From IMG/VR virus record IMGVR_UViG_3300046791_000470, positions 17,625-81,624 of that record: a stretch of DNA of 64,000 bases; one strand, 5' to 3'. The stretch is from a virus. Shown here one piece after another: positions 8,571-16,883 of the stretch (position 1 is its first letter; every line of letters starts with the position of its first letter). The position numbers and the translations under genes were made by a program. Under the pieces are notes generated by a model. The model saw only the letters and a program-made list of their open reading frames with translations, made no database searches and was not told where the DNA came from.

Positions 8571-9797
8571 CTAGGTGACGGGCCGGACGATGGCCGTGGC
8601 GCCGGTGATGTACCGCGTGGTGGCCGCGGCGCCGGTGGTGGTGAGCGAGATCCAGACCTTCTCGCCGGCCAGAACCTTGACCGGGATCTCGAGGGTCGTG
8701 AAGACGGGCGTCCACACCTGATCGCCGGCGCTGGCCGCCGAGGCGGCCGGATCGCTGAGCGTGTTCGTGCTGTTCGTGCCGGAGATGAGGGTGGCGACGA
8801 ACTGCGCCGCGGCGAGGCCCTGCGCCACCTCGAGCACCACGCCCTCGAGCACCTCGCCGGGATGCACCTTGAGCGGGATCAGGAGCGGCGCGGCGGCCAC
8901 GGTGTTGGCGTGCCAGCGACACGGCCCGGCGTCCGAGTGCCCGGCGAGGGTCCACGCGGCGCCGCTGTCGATCATGTCGAACGGCTGCGTGGTGCGGGTC
9001 TCCGTCGCGAACAGCGTCCCGTAGACGGTCCAGCGCCACGTCGCGCCGAAGACGTACGACACGCGGCCGACGACGCGCGGGTAGGTCCCAGCGGTGAGCG
9101 ACGGCTGGCCGGAGTCGTCCACGAACACGGCGTCCCCGATCGTCGGCGTCCCCGCGCCCGCGATCGGCGCGATCCCGAACACGCGGACGATCGCCAGCGC
9201 GCCGGCCGTGAGGACGCCCGGCTCCACGCCGTCGATGATCACGCCGAGCTGGCCGCGGACGGCATCCTCGGAGCCGGTGGCGGGGGTGATGACCGGCACC
9301 TCGTGGAGCCCGCTGACCGTCGTCGTCATACCGCTGACCTTGACGATGGTTCCGGCCGCGAGGCCGCCGGGGGTCTCGGCGGTGATGAGCGGGCCGCCGC
9401 ACGCCAGATCGTCGAGCGCCTTGATCATGTTGCGGTTCACCGCGAGCGCCCACCCCTTCACGGAGCTCGCCTCGGTGGTCTCGGACGCCGCGGGGATGCG
9501 CGCGTAGTCCAGCTCGCGGAGCACGCTGATCGCGCAGGTGTCGATCGCCTCGGAGCCGAGGCCGGCGTCCACCACGAGCCGGAGCTGGTAGGTGCCCTCC
9601 TTGAGCGGCGTGAACTGCGGGTTCTCGATCGTCGTGTTCGAGAGCGCGTCGGCGGCGCCCTCGGGCTGATCGACGATGCTCCACGCGTAGGAGACCTCGT
9701 CGCCCACGTCGTCGTTCGAGAGGAGCACGGGCGTGGCGGTCTGGACGTTCACGGCCGAGACGGAGACGGTGTTCACTTCGATTCTTGCTCTGGACAT
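8571..9797 (-). CDS. Tail fibre/receptor-binding protein with N-terminal PKD/Ig-like domain
   Basis: YAWSIVDQPEG...PQFTPLKEGTYQLRLVV (PKD-like), a fibre shaft, and a C-terminal beta-rich domain. Tail-distal position. Confidence 0.75.
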   Translation of the reverse strand: MSRARIEVNTVSVSAVNVQTATPVLLSNDDVGDEVSYAWSIVDQPEGAADALSNTTIENPQFTPLKEGTYQLRLVVDAGLGSEAIDTCAISVLRELDYARIPAASETTEASSVKGWALAVNRNMIKALDDLACGGPLITAETPGGLAAGTIVKVSGMTTTVSGLHEVPVITPATGSEDAVRGQLGVIIDGVEPGVLTAGALAIVRVFGIAPIAGAGTPTIGDAVFVDDSGQPSLTAGTYPRVVGRVSYVFGATWRWTVYGTLFATETRTTQPFDMIDSGAAWTLAGHSDAGPCRWHANTVAAAPLLIPLKVHPGEVLEGVVLEVAQGLAAAQFVATLISGTNSTNTLSDPAASAASAGDQVWTPVFTTLEIPVKVLAGEKVWISLTTTGAAATTRYITGATAIVRPVT

Positions 9798-9842
9798 GCC
9801 CCGGAAATTACATGCTCGGGGCGCGCCGTGGGAGCCGAAGCG

Positions 9843-10166
9843 TCAGGACGCCGCGGTCGCCGCAGCTTCGTCGCGCCGCGGCCGGCGCACGTAGCCGTCC
9901 CCGAGCTTCGTCGCGTGATCGCGCGCGATCAGCCACGCGATGGCGTCTGCGACCTGGTGGCGCTTCGTCGGTCCGCTCTCCGCCTCCACCAGCCGGATCA
10001 CCTGGATCTGCCGCTTGGGGATGGTCTCGTGGAGCTTCCCGAGGACGAGCGCCCGGAACCAGGACATCTCCTCGTCGGAGCGGACGGGTCGCGCGGCCTC
10101 GGCGGCGAGGCGCGCGGCTTGGGCCTTGAAGAATCGGGCGGCGGACGCGGCGGAGGTGTCGTGCAT
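9843..10166 (-). CDS. Small basic helical protein, paralogue of 10182-10496 (winged-helix-like)
   Basis: Shares DTSAASAARFF, RLVxAE, TxRHxVxxAIxWLxAR and GxGxVR with its neighbour. Confidence 0.7.
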   Translation of the reverse strand: MHDTSAASAARFFKAQAARLAAEAARPVRSDEEMSWFRALVLGKLHETIPKRQIQVIRLVEAESGPTKRHQVADAIAWLIARDHATKLGDGYVRRPRRDEAAATAAS

Positions 10167-10181
10167 CCGTCTAGCCTCGCT

Positions 10182-10496
10182 TTACCGGGCGCCGCCCGTC
10201 AAGACAGAACAGGCAGCAGCGAGCGTCTCGCGCACGAAGCCTGCGCCCCGCCTGGCGAGCTCGCCGCGAGCTGCGAGCCAGTCGATCGCGTTCATGACGT
10301 GGTGCCGAGGCGTCCCGGGCCGCTCTGCGCAGACGAGGCGGAGCACCTCGGAGCGCCGGCGGGGGACGGTCGGATCGAACATCGCGAGCACCCACAGGCG
10401 GTACTCGTTAACCTCGTCGTCGGTGCGGTTCCCGCGGGCAGCGAGGAGCCTGAAGAACCGGGCCGCGGAGGCCGCCGACGTGTCGCGCTGTGACAT
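10182..10496 (-). CDS. Small basic helical protein, paralogue of 9843-10166
   Basis: Start MSQRDTSAASAARFF at 10496; clear tandem paralogy. Confidence 0.7.
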   Translation of the reverse strand: MSQRDTSAASAARFFRLLAARGNRTDDEVNEYRLWVLAMFDPTVPRRRSEVLRLVCAERPGTPRHHVMNAIDWLAARGELARRGAGFVRETLAAACSVLTGGAR

Positions 10497-10554
10497 GAGC
10501 GCCCACTCTCGCCTTTGCGGGGACACCCGGTCAACGGCAGTAAGCGGCAGCCGG

Positions 10555-11158
10555 TCAGTGTCGGATGTCGACTTCGGCATTCATGGCGCGGTCACCAGGC
10601 TGCCAGTTGCCGTACACCCTGATCGAGTAGGCAGTACCGGACTGCACCGGCACCGAGAGCCCGCCCGCTTCGAGGGTGACGATTCCGCTGGGGTGCGTCG
10701 TGGACACCTGATCGCCGATGGACTCGTGGTAGCCACGCACGCCAACGTGCTGCTCGAGGAACGCGGAGACGGGGTTCGGAGGTGTGCTTGTCGACGAACA
10801 CGCGGAACCCGACGATCGTGTCTCCGGCCTGCACGTGGAACGGGTACCGCACCGGGATCAGGCCGGTGCCGAACGTCCACGAGTTCCCGTCGAACACCGG
10901 GCCGTTCGCGTAGCCGGCACCAACGTGCCCTTCAGCCGCATCGATCTGGATCGAGATCGGCGCGGGCGGCGGGGGAGGAGGTGCCGGCTCACAGCACCCG
11001 TCCGCCGTGACACCGGCCGATTCGCAGATGGCGGGGCATCCGTCGTCCGCGGCGGTCTGTGTTTGGGAGCTGGTGGCGGTCGCCGTATCGGCGACGCAGG
11101 CGCCGGCCAGCGCGAGGAGGATGGCTGCGAGGGTGAACTTGATCGGTGGGCTGAACAT
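10555..11158 (-). pseudogene. Lipoprotein of the dispersed family, split by a +1 frameshift at the G4 run 10771-10774
   Basis: LLALAGAC lipobox and PVFDGNSW...VRYPFHVQAGD. Removing one C after TCC GAA CCC gives VSAFLEQH...YSIRVYGNWQPGDRAMNAEV, which aligns with the paralogues' C-termini. Confidence 0.75.
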
Positions 11159-11205
11159 GCGGTGCGCATGTTGACCCAGCGCCACGCGTGATCGCCAGCC
11201 CAAGA

Positions 11206-11799
11206 TCAGAAGGCGGCGGCGCCGAACGTGAGCGAGCCGCTCGCCCAGATCATCGCGTCCTCGAGCGCCGGATCGGTGTCGTTCACCGTCCCGGTGTTCG
11301 TGATCATTCGCGAGATGATCCGGCCCTGGAGAGCCAGGGAGCCGAGCGGCGCGCTGATCGGCGGCGAAGCTGCGGCGAGCCGAGCTTGAACCAGCGCGTC
11401 CACCGTCACGAGCTGGCTGCCCATCCCGGCAGCCGCCTGGAGGCCGAGGCTCACCCGGTCGAGGTAGTCGTGGCCGTGGTTGTGCGCTGCGTGCAGCAGC
11501 ACGGTGCCGCCGTTGGTCTCATCCGCGCTGACCGCGTAGAACGAGGCGGCACCGCGGAGCCCGAGCTGGCCAAGACCGATCTGGACGCCGGCCGGTGCAT
11601 CGAGAGCCAGCGGTGTGATGATCGGAGAGCCGGCGTTCCACTGCACGCGCCAGGTGCCCGTGAAGTGAGCCGGGCCAGCGGCGTGGGGCGACACGACCGG
11701 CGATTGGACGATCGTGTCGGTGTCGTCGGTGACGCAGGCACCAGCGAGCGTCAGAAGGAGAAGGAGGGCCGCGGCGGGGATTTTCTGGTCGGTGGTCAT
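11206..11799 (-). CDS. Lipoprotein carrying a copy of the C-terminal domain of the adjacent tail fibre
   Basis: LLLLLTLAGAC lipobox. WRVQWNAG...LALDAPAG...LQGRIISR...TNTG...LEDA matches the C-terminus of 11853-13037. Confidence 0.9.
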   Translation of the reverse strand: MTTDQKIPAAALLLLLTLAGACVTDDTDTIVQSPVVSPHAAGPAHFTGTWRVQWNAGSPIITPLALDAPAGVQIGLGQLGLRGAASFYAVSADETNGGTVLLHAAHNHGHDYLDRVSLGLQAAAGMGSQLVTVDALVQARLAAASPPISAPLGSLALQGRIISRMITNTGTVNDTDPALEDAMIWASGSLTFGAAAF

Positions 11800-11852
11800 G
11801 TGCGTGTATTTCTAATCCACGCAAAACCAGATGGCTAGCCCTGCATGTATTC

Positions 11853-13037
11853 TTACGCCAGGTAAGATACCGTAGCGACTCCCTGAACGATTGCGTCCTC
11901 AAGCGAGGTGTCGGTGTTGTCCGAGGCGCCGGTGTTGGTCAGGTAGCGCGAGATGATCCGGCCCTGGAGAACCTTGGTTCCGATTCCCACGTCGATCGGC
12001 GGGGTTGCGGCTGCCAGCGCCGTCTGGAGGCTCGCATCGACCGTCGTCACCGGCACGCCAGTGCCAACCACACCCTGTAGGCCGATGGCGTACGCGTTGG
12101 TGTTCGAGTGTCCGGTCTGGTGTGATGCGGTCAGGTTGCAGGTGCCGCGCGTGATCTCGCCGCCGACGACGTAGAACGAACCAGCTCCGCGCAGCGACAG
12201 CGGCCCGAGCGCGACCTGAAGGCCGGCCGGCGCGTCGAGCGCGAGCAGGGTGTGGATCGGAGCCCCGGCGTTCCACTGGACGCGCCACGAGGCGCCCACG
12301 GGCAGCATGCCGCCATGGCCGAGCAGCGGGCGGCGGTCCACGAGCGCGTCCGTGTCGATCGTGACCACGCTCGGCGCGACGTTGATCCGTCCGATCTTGA
12401 CGTAGCCGGAGGTAGTCGACGGCTCGACCTCGGCGCCAGTAGCCGCCTCCGCGCCGATCTTGTAGCTGAGCCCCACCGTCGAGGCGCTCGGGCTGGAGAC
12501 GAAGCCGGTCCGGCCGTCGAGGCTGAACGCGAGCGTCTTGTAGAACATGTGGTCCAGGAAGGACTTCGTGGCCGTGTCGAGCTGTCGACGCGTCACCAGG
12601 TTCTCGAGCCGCCGGTCCACCTTGACCTCGATGATGTCGATGCGCGACAGGCCGGGGCCGGGCGCCGTCGGGACCGTGAAGATCGCAGGCGCGTTGAGGT
12701 AGACCGGCTTGAAGCTCGACCGATCGTCAACGCCCTCGAGGTCCGTCGCGCCGATGTCGAACGGCAGATCGAGCGCGTCGTAGATGAAGCCGAAGCCCGC
12801 ACTGACCTGCACGGACATCGCGATCGGGCTCGCGGGGACGACGCGCATCCCGTCGCCGATGAAGCCGCTGTGCGAGGTGATCGCGGAGGTGCCTCCACCG
12901 GCGACACCGGAGCCGCCGACGAGCGCGCGCAGCACGTCGCGGAGCGTCCGGTCGAGCTGCGACTCGAGGCGGTTGAAGTCGCTGGAAAGGGGCCGCTCGC
13001 GCAGGCCGAGATTGACGCGGTCAAATGGATTGTTCAC
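11853..13037 (-). CDS. Tail fibre / baseplate-proximal receptor-binding protein
   Basis: Directly follows the baseplate wedge genes. N-terminal baseplate-attachment-type region (RIDIIEVKVD) and a C-terminal beta domain. Confidence 0.75.
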   Translation of the reverse strand: MNNPFDRVNLGLRERPLSSDFNRLESQLDRTLRDVLRALVGGSGVAGGGTSAITSHSGFIGDGMRVVPASPIAMSVQVSAGFGFIYDALDLPFDIGATDLEGVDDRSSFKPVYLNAPAIFTVPTAPGPGLSRIDIIEVKVDRRLENLVTRRQLDTATKSFLDHMFYKTLAFSLDGRTGFVSSPSASTVGLSYKIGAEAATGAEVEPSTTSGYVKIGRINVAPSVVTIDTDALVDRRPLLGHGGMLPVGASWRVQWNAGAPIHTLLALDAPAGLQVALGPLSLRGAGSFYVVGGEITRGTCNLTASHQTGHSNTNAYAIGLQGVVGTGVPVTTVDASLQTALAAATPPIDVGIGTKVLQGRIISRYLTNTGASDNTDTSLEDAIVQGVATVSYLA

Positions 13038-13041
13038 GGGG

Positions 13042-14184
13042 TTAGCTCTCCTGCTCTTGAATGTGGATGACCCAGTAGACGCCCCCGGCCGCGATCTTCT
13101 CGAGCAGGGTCGCGAGGTCGAACATCAGTTGCTCCGCCACGAAGTCGACGCCATCGAGCGCAGGCTCGATCACCGGCTCGGGGAGACCGTCGGGCACGTC
13201 GAACGCCGAGAACGCCATCTCGCCGTCGTGCTCGTAGGGTGGCGTCGGCGCGGACATCGGATCGTCGAAGGCGAAGCCGTAGTCCTCCATCACGCGCGGC
13301 GACTCCATCTCGAGGATGAACGAGCCGAGGTGATCCTGCTCGCCGAGGAGCCGGTTCTGGATCGGCGTGCGCGGGCGCGGATCGTCGAAGCTGAAGAGGT
13401 TGGCGTCGTACGCCTCGTAGATCGTGGCCGGCTCGTCGGGCGCGTCGAAGCACTCCTGATACTCGTGCTCGCACGGCTCGACCAGGCGCCACGCGAGACC
13501 GTAGGGCCGGAAGAAGTTGGTGAGCTCCAACGTGATCGCGGCGGGCGTCACCGCGTTGGGCACGGCGCGGATCCGGAGCCGATAGCTGTGGTCGCTCTCG
13601 AGCGGCTGCCGCAGCACCTCGCGCTCGGCCCCGATCGCGTCGAGGGTGGCGGGCCGTCCGAGCCCGTCGGCGTCGGCGTCGTTCCTCACCAGGACCGTGC
13701 GATCCCAGTAGGGCGGATCCATGAGCGGCAGATCGATCGTGTCGAGCTCGCCGGGCCACACCGCGCCGGCCGGATCGGTGAACGGCCCCTTGATGTTCCA
13801 CTCGTAGCCGTAGCCGATGGCCACGGCATCCACGCTGACCTCGAGGTCCAACGCGCCGAAGATGGCGTCCTCGGTCGTGCGGAACACCTGCCCGCCCCGC
13901 GAGCAGCGGACGAGCGACCCGATCAGCACGGTGCCCGCGCCGGCCGCGGCGTGCTCGCGGTAGAACGTCGCCACCACGGTGGCCTGCGCTGGCCCCTGCG
14001 ACGAGCGGATGTAGCCGTCGTCCTCGAACCGCTGCACCGCGAGCGAGGCGCGCGCCCCGATCGCCGCCTGGCCGCGGATCATCTCGTAGCCGTCACCCGT
14101 GACCTTCATCGGGTCCAGGTACGAGTCCGGGATCGCCCGGTCGATCGCGTCTAGGAAGTCCTGGTCGGTGAGCTGCTTGGCCAC
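13042..14184 (-). CDS. Baseplate wedge protein (J/I-like)
   Basis: TLDAIGAEREVLRQPLESDHSYRLRIRAVPNAVTPAAI resembles baseplate wedge subunits; synteny supports this. Confidence 0.7.
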   Translation of the reverse strand: MAKQLTDQDFLDAIDRAIPDSYLDPMKVTGDGYEMIRGQAAIGARASLAVQRFEDDGYIRSSQGPAQATVVATFYREHAAAGAGTVLIGSLVRCSRGGQVFRTTEDAIFGALDLEVSVDAVAIGYGYEWNIKGPFTDPAGAVWPGELDTIDLPLMDPPYWDRTVLVRNDADADGLGRPATLDAIGAEREVLRQPLESDHSYRLRIRAVPNAVTPAAITLELTNFFRPYGLAWRLVEPCEHEYQECFDAPDEPATIYEAYDANLFSFDDPRPRTPIQNRLLGEQDHLGSFILEMESPRVMEDYGFAFDDPMSAPTPPYEHDGEMAFSAFDVPDGLPEPVIEPALDGVDFVAEQLMFDLATLLEKIAAGGVYWVIHIQEQES

Positions 14185-14191
14185 GGGGTCC

Positions 14192-15388
14192 TCACTGGAT
14201 CAGCGAGGCGGCCTGGCTCTGAAGGGTCGCCTGCGAGTCGAACGTGATGTTGGAGAGCGCGGTGCGGAGCACCTGGTACTTCGAGACCGGGATGATCGGG
14301 CCGACGGGCGAGGCCACCTCGTCGCCGAACGTCTCGAGGCCGGGCACGCCGCGCAGCAGCGTCGTGATCGCCGCCGGGTCGAACGTCGCGCCGGGCGCCA
14401 GCTCGTTGATGTGCTGCACCACCAGCACCCGCACGTAGAGCGCGAGCGCGTCGGTGTTGCTCACGTCGGCGGTGAACCGCAGCCGGAGCACGACCTGGAT
14501 CATCCGCACCGCCGCCACGACGACGGTCACCGGGATCCCATACGCCCGGTACTCGATGAGGGCGTTCTTCACGACGTGCGCGAGCGCCTGGCTCTGCGTC
14601 TCGTACGCCGGCACCTCGATCCCCTGCTTGACCAGCGCGTCCGTGAAGGCGTCCGCGATCACAAGCGTGACCGAGCGCGTCGGGTAGCCGTACGACTGCA
14701 ACCCCTCGAACGCGAGCACGCGCTGCACGCCGGGGACCGCGAGCGCGCCGGTCTCGATCGCGCCCTTGGTCCCGCGGCGCAGCGAGGCCCAGAAGCGCCG
14801 CCCGCGCGCCTTGTAGTCGTCGTCGCTCTCGACGTTCGCGGCGCCGCTCGAGGCTTCAGCGTTCGTCACCGTGAGCCCGACCGGCGACAGCTCGATGGAG
14901 GTCGTGATGCTCTTGATCGCCCCCGGCCCGATCGCCTGATCGATCCCCGCGAGCAGCGAGCGCGCGAGCACCTGAACCGGCCCGACGGAGGCCGCCGGAT
15001 AGGTCGTGGTGACGAGCGTCGTGAACTCGCGCCCGTCCGAGGTCGCCACGCGCGTCCCCGAGGGGATCGAGAACGCCACGCTGGGGGCCGGGCTGCACGA
15101 GAACTGGACGTAGACGAACGCCGGCGCGGCCGGCTTGCGGGTGAGTCCCCACCGATCGGACATCCACTTGTCGAGCTTCGCGCCGCGCGCCGAGTCGAGC
15201 CAGAAGCCCTCCTCCACGTCGGCGAGCTGGCCGATCACTTCCTCGCCGACGACGGCGGCGCCGGCGGCCATGATGTTCGCGTCGGTGCCGTCGCGATCCA
15301 CGGCGTTGACGGTCAGACGCTCCGATCGGCTCACCGCCTCGTCACGGAACGTGCGGTGGAAGTCGGCGAACTTCGGGAAGTCGGGCAC
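14192..15388 (-). CDS. Baseplate J / gp47-family protein
   Basis: WLDSARGAKLD...GLTRKPAAPA...VTNAEASSGAANVESDDDYKARGR...RRGTKGAIETGALAVPGV. Confidence 0.88.
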   Translation of the reverse strand: MPDFPKFADFHRTFRDEAVSRSERLTVNAVDRDGTDANIMAAGAAVVGEEVIGQLADVEEGFWLDSARGAKLDKWMSDRWGLTRKPAAPAFVYVQFSCSPAPSVAFSIPSGTRVATSDGREFTTLVTTTYPAASVGPVQVLARSLLAGIDQAIGPGAIKSITTSIELSPVGLTVTNAEASSGAANVESDDDYKARGRRFWASLRRGTKGAIETGALAVPGVQRVLAFEGLQSYGYPTRSVTLVIADAFTDALVKQGIEVPAYETQSQALAHVVKNALIEYRAYGIPVTVVVAAVRMIQVVLRLRFTADVSNTDALALYVRVLVVQHINELAPGATFDPAAITTLLRGVPGLETFGDEVASPVGPIIPVSKYQVLRTALSNITFDSQATLQSQAASLIQ

Positions 15389-15389
15389 G

Positions 15390-16211
15390 TCAGAACTCCA
15401 CGAGCCGGCCGTTGGCCGCCCCCATGCGGATGGTGAACGCCGCGCCGACCTTCGGGCGCGCGTTGAGCTGCACGATCAGCACGCCGGAGCGGTCCATCAC
15501 GAGCCGCGCCTGCGCGGCTGCCACGTCTGGCTCCTCGAGCGACTGGCTCTCGATCTCGGTGCGCAGCGCCACGAGGTCGCCCGAGCTCGCGACCGGCTCC
15601 TTGACGATCAGCCCCACGCCGTAGTTGGGCAGGTGGCGGATCGCGCCGCGCGGCGTCCCCAGCCTACGCAGCAGCAGCTTGCGGATCAGCGCCGGCCCGG
15701 CCTCGGTGTCGTAGTCGCCGTCCGGGCCGATCATCAGCGCGCCGGCGGCGCCGAGCCCGCGGCCGAGCTGGAACGGCGGGTTGGCGAGGTCCCGATCGCG
15801 GAACCCCTCGACGGTCACCGCGTCGATCGGATCCATCGTCTGCACGACGCCAAGGAAGGTCGCGGCGTACGGCGAGGTGATCGCGAGGCCGTCGACGCTC
15901 AAGAGGCCGATCGCCGTCACCTCGTGCAGCACGGTGTGATTCCCGAGCGGCTCGAGCAGCGTCAGGTTCAGCGCGGTGTCGCTGTGCATCTCGACGCCGA
16001 TCACCGTGCGCGGCACGCCGCCGATCGTGTCGACGGTCCACGTCTGCGTGTTGAACGCGTCGCCCTCGACGAACGGGCTGGAGTGCATCGGCTCGCCCGT
16101 GAGGTTCACCCGGACGCCGTGCGTCGAGATCGCCCACGCGCTCGCCACGGAGATCGAGCCCAGCACGCCGCCGTACGAGCTGAGACCGTAGGGAGAGAGG
16201 CCGTACCCCAT
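15390..16211 (-). CDS. Baseplate wedge gpW/gp25-like protein with N-terminal Ig-like extension
   Basis: C-terminal LIRKLLLRRLGTPRGAIRHLPNYGVGL...EIESQSLEEPDV is gp25-like. Confidence 0.75.
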   Translation of the reverse strand: MGYGLSPYGLSSYGGVLGSISVASAWAISTHGVRVNLTGEPMHSSPFVEGDAFNTQTWTVDTIGGVPRTVIGVEMHSDTALNLTLLEPLGNHTVLHEVTAIGLLSVDGLAITSPYAATFLGVVQTMDPIDAVTVEGFRDRDLANPPFQLGRGLGAAGALMIGPDGDYDTEAGPALIRKLLLRRLGTPRGAIRHLPNYGVGLIVKEPVASSGDLVALRTEIESQSLEEPDVAAAQARLVMDRSGVLIVQLNARPKVGAAFTIRMGAANGRLVEF

Positions 16212-16256
16212 CGCCGTCGATGGTCCGCGTGCGGATCCGACCGCACAAGGCGACGC

Positions 16257-16883
16257 TCAGGCGAGCTTGACGAGCAGGGACTTGTAGCTCGCGGCGGCGT
16301 TCTGGAACGTCGTGAGCGCCGTCGTGATCGCCGTCGCCGCCGCCCCGCCGCCGGGGATGGTGCCCACCGCCGTGCTGATCGCCGCCACCAGCACGCCGAG
16401 CTGCGCGAGGAACGTGGTGGTCAGGAGCGCCTGGTGGGACGCGGACTCGTCGCCGAGCTTCACGAGCCCGCCGGCCGCCGCGATCACCGCGTCGCCGCCG
16501 CCGCTCACCAGGATCCGGATCGTGCGGCCCGGCTCGACCACGAGCGCCACGTCCTGGGGGTTGGCGACCGCCTCGTCCGGCGGCGGCGTCCCCTCGTCCC
16601 AGACCTGCGCGAGGATGCGCGCGCCGGCGTTCCAGTCCCCCTCCGGGATCCCGATTAACACCCAGTCGTCGACAGCGACCGGGCAGTAGAAGCCGAAGCC
16701 CGCGCCGCCGTACGCCGTGGGCAGGGAGACCGTCTCCTCGGCGCCGGCGATCGTCGTCACGTCGCAGTAGATGCCCTTCGCGGTCACGTTCACCGCGGTC
16801 ACGATCGCCAGCGTCGTCCACGTGCGCGGATCGATGCCCGGCCTCGAGACAGCTTCGCCGATGCGCAGCGGATCGATCGTCAT
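16257..16883 (-). CDS. Baseplate spike (gpV/gp45-like)
   Basis: ATG at 16883 overlaps the hub stop. N-terminal OB-fold pattern (YGGAGFGFYCPVAVDDWVLIGIPEGD). Confidence 0.75.
   Translation of the reverse strand: MTIDPLRIGEAVSRPGIDPRTWTTLAIVTAVNVTAKGIYCDVTTIAGAEETVSLPTAYGGAGFGFYCPVAVDDWVLIGIPEGDWNAGARILAQVWDEGTPPPDEAVANPQDVALVVEPGRTIRILVSGGGDAVIAAAGGLVKLGDESASHQALLTTTFLAQLGVLVAAISTAVGTIPGGGAAATAITTALTTFQNAAASYKSLLVKLA

Noticed and set aside
5452-10202. 15-bp identity GGCGCCGCCCGTCAA at 5452-5466 and 10188-10202
   Set aside because: Only two copies, GC-rich, and at different offsets from the starts; not enough to call an operator.
8571-13037. Diversity-generating retroelement or invertible fibre switch
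   Set aside because: No reverse transcriptase or invertase was seen, the duplicated domain is in direct orientation, and differences are not confined to adenines.
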